From positions 32,001-96,000 of IMG/VR virus record IMGVR_UViG_3300016469_000277: DNA of 64,000 nt; one strand, given 5' to 3'. Made by a program: the position numbers and the translations under genes. This document shows positions 48,958-58,682 of the stretch, piece by piece. Positions within the stretch are counted from its first letter, which is position 1. The number at the start of each line of letters is the position of its first letter. The notes beneath the pieces are model-generated. The model ran no database searches. It was given only the letters and a program-made list of their open reading frames with translations, and was not told the DNA's origin. This DNA comes from a virus.

Positions 48958-49479
48958 ATGAGATGTGTTTATAAATTATCCTTTACAGGATGTGATAAAG
49001 TTTATATAGGGTCAACATTTAATTTAGAACGTAGAAAAACTTTTCACTTAAGAGATTTAAGGGTCAATAAACACAGTAATCAGTATCTTCAAGAGTGTTA
49101 CAATACTTATGGAGAGGACTGTATAACTTTTGAAGTTCTTGAGGTTATAGACAATCTATCTACAGGTAAAACGTATCTCTTAACAAGAGAGAAACATTAT
49201 TTAGACTCTTTTAACAAAGAATGTCTTTTAAACATTGATTTATTTATTATAAATCCTAAAAGATTTAATTTATCTCATAAAAACAATAAGTATAAACCTA
49301 AGCATAGTTTATCTTTTTTACTTTTAAAGAGAAGATTAAAATACAAAGAAGACTATTTAAAAGATATTTGTGTTTTAACAAAAGTTCCTTTAAGTGTTAT
49401 ACTGTCTACAGTTAAAAAGCTAATTAACTCTAGACATCTTGAATATAATAACGGTGAATATACTGTGGTTCGGCAGTAA
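48958..49479 (+). CDS. GIY-YIG endonuclease
   Basis: CVYKL...VYIGST..L.RR...H..N..LQ...REK. Confidence 0.85.
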   Translation: MRCVYKLSFTGCDKVYIGSTFNLERRKTFHLRDLRVNKHSNQYLQECYNTYGEDCITFEVLEVIDNLSTGKTYLLTREKHYLDSFNKECLLNIDLFIINPKRFNLSHKNNKYKPKHSLSFLLLKRRLKYKEDYLKDICVLTKVPLSVILSTVKKLINSRHLEYNNGEYTVVRQ

Positions 49480-49548
49480 TTGTCAACAAATTACCCACAA
49501 TTTAATGTTTTATAACTTTTAATGTTAGTTATTTACTATATTTGTTTT

Positions 49549-49919
49549 ATGAAAACCATAAAACCAAAAAGAGTAACTGACTCAAACGAATTCTTACTAC
49601 AGGGTAGTACAAAGTTGAAGGTAGGTTCTTGGAACTTAGCAGCTAAGGATTCTTTTTTGAGAAAAGAGTTTATGAAGGTTTTTAAAAAGAACCAAGACAA
49701 CCAGGTAATCTATCCATTGTTTGACTAATGTTGTCCAAGGAAGAAATTAATTTAAGGTTTAGTGAAGGCAATGTCTCTATCCAGGAAGGATTAGAAATCC
49801 TCAGAAGCTACATCTTCCTGCGCAAGAACCAAGACATTTCAGTTATACCTCCTAGAAATTCTATGGAGATGGGAATGTTTCAGTGGTTTCTTGAAATCAT
49901 TAAGAGGTGGAGTTCATAG
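49549..49919 (+). other. two small CDSs (49549-49728, 49728-49919)
   Basis: TATATTTG-N4-ATG start and TAATG coupling. Confidence 0.6.
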
Positions 49920-50142
49920 GCCGAGAGTTGTCAATGGATCTCATAGGAGTTTTGCCCATGGTGTCCATGTACTCTTCAGCAAATTCTTCCACTGTTAAAG
50001 GCCACTTCTCATACTCTTCCATGAACCCTTTATATACCTTTTGTTTGAACTCGTCAGTGGCATCTATAAAGAGAAAACCATTTGCTTCAACGGCTTTTTG
50101 AAACTTCTTCCAAACTTGCCTCAAGGTAATCTTTCTGTTCAT
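49900..50142 (-). CDS. hypothetical protein, inverted within the late module
   Basis: Own TATATTTG box at 50169-50176. Confidence 0.6.
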   Translation of the reverse strand: MNRKITLRQVWKKFQKAVEANGFLFIDATDEFKQKVYKGFMEEYEKWPLTVEEFAEEYMDTMGKTPMRSIDNSRPMNSTS

Positions 50143-50213
50143 GGCTATAGACTTAAAATGGAATACACCAAATATAATCAGAAATCAAAAATAATCAAGT
50201 AAAATAATCATTT

Positions 50214-50600
50214 ATGGCAAAATTCACATACTTCAGAGCAGTTGATATTCCTATCTATAGAACTTACCTTTTTATAGCTGTAGGGCTAACAGACACTCAA
50301 TTGGAAGAAAAACTAAACGACTATGTAGCAGACAAAGATTATATTGCTAATCTTGTTAAAGATTCTCACGTAGACTCAAGCTACCAAGCTATGACTGCTT
50401 TCTGTGAAGGCTACAATATAGTAAGATTTAACACCCTACCAGACGTTCAAGACATAAACATGATAGCCCATGAATCTTTTCATGTAACTTGTAGTATAAT
50501 GAATCATGTAGATGTTACCCTTTCAGACGACTCTGAAGAGGCATTTGCTTACTTATTAGGATTTATCGTAGAGCAGTTTGAACCCTTACTGGATAAGTAA
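50214..50600 (+). CDS. putative zincin-like metallopeptidase
   Basis: AHESFH...EEAFAY (HExxH plus E). Confidence 0.65.
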   Translation: MAKFTYFRAVDIPIYRTYLFIAVGLTDTQLEEKLNDYVADKDYIANLVKDSHVDSSYQAMTAFCEGYNIVRFNTLPDVQDINMIAHESFHVTCSIMNHVDVTLSDDSEEAFAYLLGFIVEQFEPLLDK

Positions 50601-50718
50601 CTAACTCTTTAAATTAATATCATTCTAAAAATTAAAGCAAGTGTAAAAAATACTTGCTTTTTTTTATTTTAAGATTATATTTGTACTAAAACCAACTTAA
50701 AACCAATTAAAAACCAAT

Positions 50719-51075
50719 ATGAAGAACTTAAGAATTGTAAGAAATTACACAGACGATATAAGCTATTACGAAGGTTATATTGCTGTAATTCTAGCATTTG
50801 CAAGTATTAAAATGACTCAACTTCATATTAGCATACTTGCACATGCAGCGTTATTTGACAGACTAGACAAAGAAGTAAAACTAAAGATAGCTGAAAGAAA
50901 CAACACTAATGAACAAGTCGTAGCTAATGGAATTTCTAAACTAAGAAAGCTCAAACATCTTGAAGGCAGTAAGGTTACTCCTAAACTTACCCCTCCTAAA
51001 GACCTTCCTATAGCTTTAACTCTAATCATGAATGTTAATCAAGAAGCAAACAGAACCAGATCGCAGGAAGCCTGA
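50719..51075 (+). CDS. putative HTH protein
   Basis: IAE...VVANGISKLRK pattern. Confidence 0.5.
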   Translation: MKNLRIVRNYTDDISYYEGYIAVILAFASIKMTQLHISILAHAALFDRLDKEVKLKIAERNNTNEQVVANGISKLRKLKHLEGSKVTPKLTPPKDLPIALTLIMNVNQEANRTRSQEA

Positions 51076-51751
51076 GTTAAAAGTATTTAGTTTTTACTCT
51101 AAAGTCGCCAAGGAGCTAGGAATTAATATAGCAGACGTAGACAAAATCTACTCTGACTATATAGACCAACTGATAGAAATACTTCCTTCTTCCAACAAGA
51201 TAGTTGTTACTAACTTAGGCGAATTTAAAGTAAATCCTAGAAAACTTAGGGTAACGTTCTTTAAAAGAATTATCTATATGTGTGACTTACTTTTGGATCC
51301 AGATTATCCTAAAAGGCAAGAAAGAACAGAAAACACTCTTGAGATATTAAAAGTCACCCTAGAAAAAATGATAAAAGACTTTGAAGCTTGCGTAATCTGC
51401 AATAAAAAAGAACACGTAAGTTATATGTGCGTAAGAAACGTAGTAGGCAACATCTATTTTAATATAGACAGAATAGCCCATCTAACCGACGAAACAGCGC
51501 AACTTGCTATCTCCACACTCAAAGAAATGTATGAAACCTACGCACCTAGAATTATAAAAAAAGCAGACGAACTAGGTTCTGTAGAGTTTGGCCAAAAATA
51601 CAAAGAGTTTATTTTAAAAATAAGACCAGACCTAGAAGAAAGGTGGGGTAAAGGAAGTGACTCTAAGATTAAATTAACTAGCAAATATCTTTCAATAGAT
51701 GAACTAGAACAAATCTACATTCCTCAATACGACATAAGATACTATCTATAA
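51032..51751 (+). CDS. protein with HU/IHF-like N-terminus
   Basis: VAKELGI..DV..I...I.V.NLGEFKV. Confidence 0.55.
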   Translation: MLIKKQTEPDRRKPELKVFSFYSKVAKELGINIADVDKIYSDYIDQLIEILPSSNKIVVTNLGEFKVNPRKLRVTFFKRIIYMCDLLLDPDYPKRQERTENTLEILKVTLEKMIKDFEACVICNKKEHVSYMCVRNVVGNIYFNIDRIAHLTDETAQLAISTLKEMYETYAPRIIKKADELGSVEFGQKYKEFILKIRPDLEERWGKGSDSKIKLTSKYLSIDELEQIYIPQYDIRYYL

Positions 51752-51762
51752 AAACCAAATAT

Positions 51763-52131
51763 ATGAACTACAAAGAATTTTTCTCACTGGCCGGTAAAGG
51801 AATTCAAAACTTTGACAAGATTGCCGAAGGTGTTTGGAACGAAATAGCTCACAAGACTCTAAGTTCTAAACAAAAAGAAGAAATAACAAAACGTACAGAA
51901 ATATGTGCAAATTGTCCTTTCAATTCGGAAAATTCCCGATTATCTGATGAATATTTTACATTATATGGGGAAAATTACAAAACATCTAGAAAGGATCCTC
52001 ACTGTGCTCTTTGCGGTTGTGTTCTTAAATTTAAAGTTGCTTCTCTTTCGTCTAATTGTGGCATTGAGATACATAACCAAAGACACCCAGATAAAAAACA
52101 AATTCTTAAATGGACAGCATTTAAGGGCTAA
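51763..52131 (+). CDS. Cys-rich zinc-binding protein
   Basis: R.EICANCP...C..CGC...K...C...KW. Confidence 0.7.
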   Translation: MNYKEFFSLAGKGIQNFDKIAEGVWNEIAHKTLSSKQKEEITKRTEICANCPFNSENSRLSDEYFTLYGENYKTSRKDPHCALCGCVLKFKVASLSSNCGIEIHNQRHPDKKQILKWTAFKG

Positions 52132-52144
52132 AACAAATAAAGAA

Positions 52145-52508
52145 ATGAAATATACAAGTTCTCACAAAACAAAATACACCATAACAAATGGTTGTGGTGG
52201 TAAAAAAGGAACCAAGTGTGGAGTAGAAGTCTACATTATGCCTTACGCAGTTGCTAAACCTGTAGCTCCAGGTAGAGTAGCTGACAACAATCTGGAACCT
52301 AAAGGAAAGTAATATGAACAAAAAACCAAATCCTAATACTTTCCAAGATGACCTATTTGAAATCTTTCAATTGTTGTGGAAAGGCGGATACGCTTACAGA
52401 CACAACAAAGAAAAGAACGGACATCTGTTTTACACAAACATGATAGAAGATTTGATGGTTCTTCCTAAAGAAGAATTTATTGCCAAGTATAAATTTTACG
52501 AGAACTAA
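52145..52508 (+). other. two small CDSs (52145-52312 basic GCGGKK peptide; 52314-52508)
   Basis: A-rich leaders and ATG starts. Confidence 0.5.
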
Positions 52509-52513
52509 TAACC

Positions 52514-52828
52514 ATGGCAAAGAAAGAAATATACACCTCCGCAGAACTTGAGTGGTGCGAACAAAAACTTCTTGAATGGAAAGAATACATTGACCAAAAT
52601 CCTATATCTGGACTTCAAGACCGTATTTCCTATAAGACTACTGCAAATGGGGGATCTATTCCTATGGTTGTTTCTTCGGTTGAAGCTCAAATCAAATCTC
52701 TAAGAGATACTATGAAAGAGTATCTTGTAATGCTCCAGCAAGTAGAGGCTATGAGAGAAAAAGAAGCTCAAAGGGCTCAAGCTCGTGGTAGCGCAGAGAT
52801 TAACGGAATGATGACTGATTATCAATAA
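52514..52828 (+). CDS. putative terminase small subunit
   Basis: Helical 104-aa ORF coupled (TAATG) to TerL; assignment by position only. Confidence 0.45.
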   Translation: MAKKEIYTSAELEWCEQKLLEWKEYIDQNPISGLQDRISYKTTANGGSIPMVVSSVEAQIKSLRDTMKEYLVMLQQVEAMREKEAQRAQARGSAEINGMMTDYQ

Positions 52829-54840
52829 TGAACTTACAATCGCCAGAATTACTAATTAACATGAAGTCTCTGCCTGATAAAGATTCAGCAGAGTATAAGT
52901 CTTTTTGGCAAAATGAAGTTAAAAAAATAAGAGAAGGAATAACAATCAATGGGTTCGAATTTTCCCCTTTTTTGTATTGGCATCTTAATCTATGGAGCAT
53001 TTATGTTGATATTCTGGTTAATGGCCGAGTACTACGAAGATTAGATCGCCCTCAGTTTTGGGATAGTTTTATCTTAATTGACGAAACTATTAACAAGGCT
53101 GAAAATCATCCAGACGGAAAAAAGGGAGTAGCTATTGTAGGCTCTCGTCGTCTTTCTAAGTCGGTAATCATTACTTCGAGAGTAGCACACCAAGCAGTAG
53201 CTTACCAGAATACCGAATGCTTAGTTTCAGGAGGTAATCAACCTGACATCAAGAACTTAACTGATTATCTAGACTTAGGACTTAGGAATCTTCCTGAGTA
53301 CTTAAGATTTTCTCGTGTAGAAGATGACTGGAAAAAGTGTGTTACTTTTGGATTTAAAGAAAAATCCACCAATAAACGCCACGAGTGGTCTAAGATTCAT
53401 ATAAGAAACTTTGACGACGGAAATAATACAGAAGCAGCAGCAGGTCTTACTCTTTCAGGATTTCTTCTAGACGAAGGAGGTAAGTTTCCTTTTCTTTCGG
53501 CTTTAGCAGCGACTACTCCCTGTTTTGATTCACCTTACGGTTGGAGATGTTCTCCAATTATTACCGCTACCGGAGGTGATATGAAAAAAGCAGGAGATAT
53601 GCAGGAACTATTTAATAATCCAGAAGCTTATAACTTTCTCTCCGTTTCTGCTAAAGAGGATGGCACCTCTATTTCCTTATTTATACCGGGTACACAGTCG
53701 TTAAAGATTCCTCGTGAACCCAAACTACTCTCACACTATTTAGACGTTTCAGAAGGCTCCGAATTAGACAATATGACTATTTGGGTAGCTGATGAGGAAA
53801 AAGGAAAAGAACTTATCTTAAAAGGCAGAGAACAAACTAGAAAATCTTCTGGTATGGAAGCTTACCTTAAAGAGGTAATGTACTATCCTTTGACTCCTGA
53901 AGAATGCTTTCTAGACGCTTCTGAGAATATTTTCCCTGTAGACTTACTTCAAGAACAACTTAATTTTCTTGAGTCAGGAGGTTATATCAAGGATGTAGAT
54001 TACGTAGAACTTTACCGAGATATAAACGGAGTAGTTAAACACAAACCTACCGATCATAAACCAGTAAACAGTTACCCAGCTAAACCTTCAGAAGATAACT
54101 CAGGGGTAGTTCAGATATTTGAGTTTCCTATGGCAGATGCTCCTTATGGACTTTATACAGCAGGAACGGACCCATATAAACAATCACAAGCTCACTATTC
54201 TACTTCTTTGGGGGCTACTTACATATTTAAAAGAATCCACAACCTAACAGGGGAAAGATTTCAAAATATGCCAGTAGCTTGTTATGTAGGAAGACCAAAG
54301 AAAATCCAAACCTGGTACGAGGAGACTCGCAAACTTTTAGATTTTTACAACGCTAAAACTCTTTGCGAAAACATGGATATGGGGTTCATTGACCATTGTA
54401 TTGAAAAGAAAGACCCTGACAAATACTTAGAAAGAACCCCTTCTATCTTAAGAGAAGAAATCCACGCAAACACTAGGGTAAATCGTACTTACGGAATCCA
54501 TACCTCTACAGGAATTAAAGATTATATCAATTCTTTAATTATAGAATACCTCCAAGAGACTATTGAAGTTAAAACTGACGAGGAAGGAAACCACAAACAA
54601 GTTCTAGGAGTATCTCGTATTTTAGACCCAATGCTAATTAAAGAACTACTCAAGTATACTCCAAGATCCAACGCTGACCGAAAAGATGCATTTGGTTACT
54701 CACTCTTAATGGCTAAGAATCTTAACCGGAGTGTAATTGTCTCCGATAGAGTAGACAACCGCTACGAATCTTATAAAAACATTGCAAAGAAAAGAAAAAC
54801 TTTATTTTCCTCTTCAGGAAATCCCTTTAGATCTTATTAA
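52828..54840 (+). CDS. terL: terminase large subunit
   Basis: GSRRLSKS Walker A, LLDEGGK Walker B, ATGG, YPLTPEECF, nuclease GTDPY...NADRKDA. Confidence 0.93.
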   Translation: MNLQSPELLINMKSLPDKDSAEYKSFWQNEVKKIREGITINGFEFSPFLYWHLNLWSIYVDILVNGRVLRRLDRPQFWDSFILIDETINKAENHPDGKKGVAIVGSRRLSKSVIITSRVAHQAVAYQNTECLVSGGNQPDIKNLTDYLDLGLRNLPEYLRFSRVEDDWKKCVTFGFKEKSTNKRHEWSKIHIRNFDDGNNTEAAAGLTLSGFLLDEGGKFPFLSALAATTPCFDSPYGWRCSPIITATGGDMKKAGDMQELFNNPEAYNFLSVSAKEDGTSISLFIPGTQSLKIPREPKLLSHYLDVSEGSELDNMTIWVADEEKGKELILKGREQTRKSSGMEAYLKEVMYYPLTPEECFLDASENIFPVDLLQEQLNFLESGGYIKDVDYVELYRDINGVVKHKPTDHKPVNSYPAKPSEDNSGVVQIFEFPMADAPYGLYTAGTDPYKQSQAHYSTSLGATYIFKRIHNLTGERFQNMPVACYVGRPKKIQTWYEETRKLLDFYNAKTLCENMDMGFIDHCIEKKDPDKYLERTPSILREEIHANTRVNRTYGIHTSTGIKDYINSLIIEYLQETIEVKTDEEGNHKQVLGVSRILDPMLIKELLKYTPRSNADRKDAFGYSLLMAKNLNRSVIVSDRVDNRYESYKNIAKKRKTLFSSSGNPFRSY

Positions 54841-54851
54841 AATAAAATAAA

Positions 54852-57305
54852 ATGATAATAGAAGCATACCTCAATCTACAAAAGAATACAACTGACCTTT
54901 ATGGTTATCCAGACCAGTTCACTACCATGAAGGAAAAGGAGACAGGAGATTGGATTAAAAAGAACCTAGACTATTTTGCTGGTGTAGCGTATTCTAAGTA
55001 TCGTCAAAATGAGGCATTCCGCAAAAACTATAAATTGTTAAACGGAGAGTTTGACTTTGCGGATTATTTTGTTATTCCTGAAACTAAGATGATTTTAGAT
55101 TATCTTAAAGATGTTCCAGACCAAGAACAAGATATTCCCAAACATCTCAAACATTATCCTATTCTTAATCCTCCGATTAATACTCTTTTGGGCGAACTTA
55201 CAAAGAGGCCTCATAAGTACGCAGCTAAAGCTGTAGATGATATATCTATGGAGGAAAATATTGATTTCAGAACTAACTTGATTAAAGAGTTTGTAATTAA
55301 TCAACTTAGAATGAAAACTCAAGGTATGCCCCCCGAACAACAAGAAGAAGTAATAGCTAAAGAAATCCAAAGCAAAGTTATGAATTACACAACTATTGCT
55401 GAGGAATGGGCCAATAAAGTACTAGGGGCTTTAAAGCATCATTTTGATTTTCGTCATAAGTCGTTCATGGCGTTTCGGGATTTACTAGTTACAGGAAGAG
55501 AATACCATCACTTTTACCCTGATAACTCTCGTTTAGGTTTTACTTATCGTGTAGAAAACCCAGCTAATGTATGGACTCTCAATTACAGAAACGCAATTAC
55601 TACTAAAGATTGTTGGGCTGGAGGTACTCTTGAAGTGCTTACTTTTGCTGAGATTATCAATCGTTATAAGTTAACCGACGAAGAAATGGAACACTTGAAG
55701 ACTTACTCTCTTCAAGGTCTTCGTAATAACGAATACTCTGCTTTTTCCCCTGCTATGCCAAATCCTAACTACGATCCTATTTGGCAGTTAACTTTTGAAT
55801 CAGCAGATCTTTCTATTGACGGAATTACTCCTAATGCTTATGCTTTCTCAAATCAGTTTAGTTATACAGTAGTAACTGCTTACTGGGAAAGCCAAAGACC
55901 TGTTTATAAAAGAACTTATGTAGACCAGTCAGGTTACGAGCAAACTGATTTTGTAAACGAACAATACAAACTATGTAAAGACTGTGGAGATGTTTCTCTT
56001 GAAAAGACTTGGGAGAATATCTGGATGAAAGGAATTAAAATAGGAGCTAACATTTATTTCTGTGAACCACTAGAGTATGTAAGCTGTATGCCTATTGTGG
56101 GAATTGTGAATACTTTCAGAAATACCCAGGGTAAATCACTTCTTTCTATGATGAAGCCCTACCAAGTTCTTTATAATATCTGTTTGAATCAGTTGTGGGA
56201 GGCACTTGAAAAAGATTTAGGGGTACAGGCAATCATTGATATGAAAGTAATCCCCAACAATGATGATGCAGATGCTATTGACCAATTTAAAACTGTAGCA
56301 AAAGAAACTGGTTTCCTAGTAATTGACACTTCTGTTGAGAATACAGGAGGCCCTGTTCAGTTTAACCAAATGACTAGAACAGACCTAAGCCAACAGACTT
56401 ATATTAGTTCTCGTATTCAATTAGCTGAATGGGCTAGAAACCAAGCTTGGGAACTTGTAGGTATAACACGTCAACGTACTGGGTCTGTACTTGCTACAGA
56501 AACCGCAACAGGGACTCAAACAGCTATGGCGCAGTCTTTTGCTCAAACAGAACCATGGTTTCATTTTCATGATGTAATTCTTAAAGATGTGTATCAAATG
56601 ATTCTAGATATAACTCAGTATATAGAATTACAAAAACCAGATTCTACTCTAAATTATCTTAACAACGAACTTGAGTCTGTTTTTTTAAGAGTCACTAGAG
56701 ATGAGTTACTTAGAGATCTTCAAGTTTATGTAACTTCTTACGCAGAAGATAGAGATACAATTGAAAAGCTTCGTTCTCTTATGCAACCTGCTATGCAGAA
56801 TGGTGCAGACTTAGCTGATATAGCAGATATGTTAACTGCTGAATCTGAAAGGGGTCTTCGTGAAATTTTACAAAAAGTTCAACAAAGAAACCAACAAGCC
56901 AGAGAACAACAACAACAACTTGAACAACAAAAGCTTCAACAAGCTCAAGAGCAATTCCAAGCCAATCTACAAGCACAACAAGAAAAAGAGGTGAGAGAGA
57001 TGCAGAATGAAAACATGAACAAACAGCTTGATAGGGAAAATCGTCTCCAAATAGAAGAACTAAGAGGTATAGCAGCAGAAGGAAGTTACTCTCCTACTAC
57101 GGATACTACAGAGCTTTTAACTGAACAAACTAAGGCTGCAATGGAACGATCTAAGCTTGAATTTGAAAAACTTGTTAAACAAAGAGAACTTGCTCAAAAC
57201 GACAGAAAACTAAACATAGAAGAAAAGAAAGCGCAAGATGCTTTGGATATAGCCAAACTTAGAGATAAAGGCACTTTGAACCCAAAGCCAAAAAATAAGA
57301 AGTAA
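54852..57305 (+). CDS. portal protein
   Basis: Follows TerL; HYPIL.P.I..L.GE, GITRQR.G..., long Q-rich C-terminal coil typical of crAss-like portals. Confidence 0.88.
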   Translation: MIIEAYLNLQKNTTDLYGYPDQFTTMKEKETGDWIKKNLDYFAGVAYSKYRQNEAFRKNYKLLNGEFDFADYFVIPETKMILDYLKDVPDQEQDIPKHLKHYPILNPPINTLLGELTKRPHKYAAKAVDDISMEENIDFRTNLIKEFVINQLRMKTQGMPPEQQEEVIAKEIQSKVMNYTTIAEEWANKVLGALKHHFDFRHKSFMAFRDLLVTGREYHHFYPDNSRLGFTYRVENPANVWTLNYRNAITTKDCWAGGTLEVLTFAEIINRYKLTDEEMEHLKTYSLQGLRNNEYSAFSPAMPNPNYDPIWQLTFESADLSIDGITPNAYAFSNQFSYTVVTAYWESQRPVYKRTYVDQSGYEQTDFVNEQYKLCKDCGDVSLEKTWENIWMKGIKIGANIYFCEPLEYVSCMPIVGIVNTFRNTQGKSLLSMMKPYQVLYNICLNQLWEALEKDLGVQAIIDMKVIPNNDDADAIDQFKTVAKETGFLVIDTSVENTGGPVQFNQMTRTDLSQQTYISSRIQLAEWARNQAWELVGITRQRTGSVLATETATGTQTAMAQSFAQTEPWFHFHDVILKDVYQMILDITQYIELQKPDSTLNYLNNELESVFLRVTRDELLRDLQVYVTSYAEDRDTIEKLRSLMQPAMQNGADLADIADMLTAESERGLREILQKVQQRNQQAREQQQQLEQQKLQQAQEQFQANLQAQQEKEVREMQNENMNKQLDRENRLQIEELRGIAAEGSYSPTTDTTELLTEQTKAAMERSKLEFEKLVKQRELAQNDRKLNIEEKKAQDALDIAKLRDKGTLNPKPKNKK

Positions 57306-57410
57306 TTTTTAGCCACGTAAGAGGGGGTACATTATAACTTCTTGTGTTATTTTTTTAAAAATATATCTTTGACGTAATCTTAAGTTAGATTAAAACCAAA
57401 CAAAACCAAT

Positions 57411-58634
57411 ATGCCAGATAATAACTTAGATTTCCTCGATTATCTTAACGATGATGGGGAGGTAAACTTAGATCAAATTAACGGATTTCTCGATAAAGTC
57501 CAAAAAGTAGACGAAGTTGAGGATACCGAAGATCCCAATCAGGGTTCTGATTACGAAGAAACCGAGGAAGAAGATGACAACTTTGAACTCGAAGAAAACG
57601 AAGACGAGGAACCTTATATTGATGGGTTAGAGTTCTTAAACCAGAAAAGAAAACCAGCAGAGCCTGTAGACGAAGAAGAAGAGGAAGACGACAACGAAGA
57701 ATCTGATGAGGATGAAGATGATGAAGACTCAGAAGAAACCGATGAAGAAAACCCCTTTGCAATCTTTGCTAAAGGCTTAGCTCAAGTTGGAAGACTTGTT
57801 CTGGATGACGACGAAGACCCTGAAAAAATAAATTGGGACGAAGAAACGTTCATTGAAAAGTTTGACGAAACAGTAGACAACTCTGCTTGGAGTCGCTTGG
57901 AAGAACTAGCTACAGAAGCTATGGGAGAAGAAGGTGTTCGAGTAATTGAAGACCTTTTCATTAACAAAGTCCCCGTACACGAGTACTTAGCTAGTTTCCA
58001 ACAACAACAAAGTTTTGAGAATGTAGACCTTTCTAACGAGAGAAACCAAGCACAGCTTGTAAGCTATTACTTAAGAACTGTAGTTGGAGAGACTGATGAA
58101 GAAGAAATCATGGATCAGATTCAGTACATGAAAAACAACGACACTCTTGAAAAGAAAGCAAATAACTTCCAACAGAAACTTATAGCCCATGAGTCTCGTG
58201 CAAGAGAAGCAATGGCTGCAGAGGCTCAAGCTCGTCAACAACAAATGGAAGCATTTGAACAGGAAAGAATCCAAATGTACTCTGAAATTGCTGAAGAAGC
58301 AGTAAAAGCAGGAGAACTTAATGGGCTTCCTTTCAATAACAAAGATTACGAAAAAGTTTTAAATGCAGCTTTAAGTAAAGAATACGTTCTTCCAAATGGA
58401 CAAAAGATTACTCCATTTGAATATAAGTTAGCAACTCTTCGCAAAGATGACCCTGCTAAATATCTTCAAATAGTAAAACTTGTCGAAGATGGTGTAGATC
58501 TTACCCCGGTAATGAATAGAGGAGTAACCAAGAAGACTAATGAGATTTTCAAAGGACTTCAAAATAAAACTAAAACTCCTACTAAACCTCGTAAGAATCA
58601 AAACGTCTTCTCTAAATACATGAAACAAGGGTAA
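57411..58634 (+). CDS. putative scaffolding protein
   Basis: Extremely acidic N-terminus, coiled coil, lies between portal and capsid. Confidence 0.65.
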   Translation: MPDNNLDFLDYLNDDGEVNLDQINGFLDKVQKVDEVEDTEDPNQGSDYEETEEEDDNFELEENEDEEPYIDGLEFLNQKRKPAEPVDEEEEEDDNEESDEDEDDEDSEETDEENPFAIFAKGLAQVGRLVLDDDEDPEKINWDEETFIEKFDETVDNSAWSRLEELATEAMGEEGVRVIEDLFINKVPVHEYLASFQQQQSFENVDLSNERNQAQLVSYYLRTVVGETDEEEIMDQIQYMKNNDTLEKKANNFQQKLIAHESRAREAMAAEAQARQQQMEAFEQERIQMYSEIAEEAVKAGELNGLPFNNKDYEKVLNAALSKEYVLPNGQKITPFEYKLATLRKDDPAKYLQIVKLVEDGVDLTPVMNRGVTKKTNEIFKGLQNKTKTPTKPRKNQNVFSKYMKQG

Positions 58635-58682
58635 CACCTAACTATAAATAAAACAGTCTAACCACAATTATAATCTAGAATT

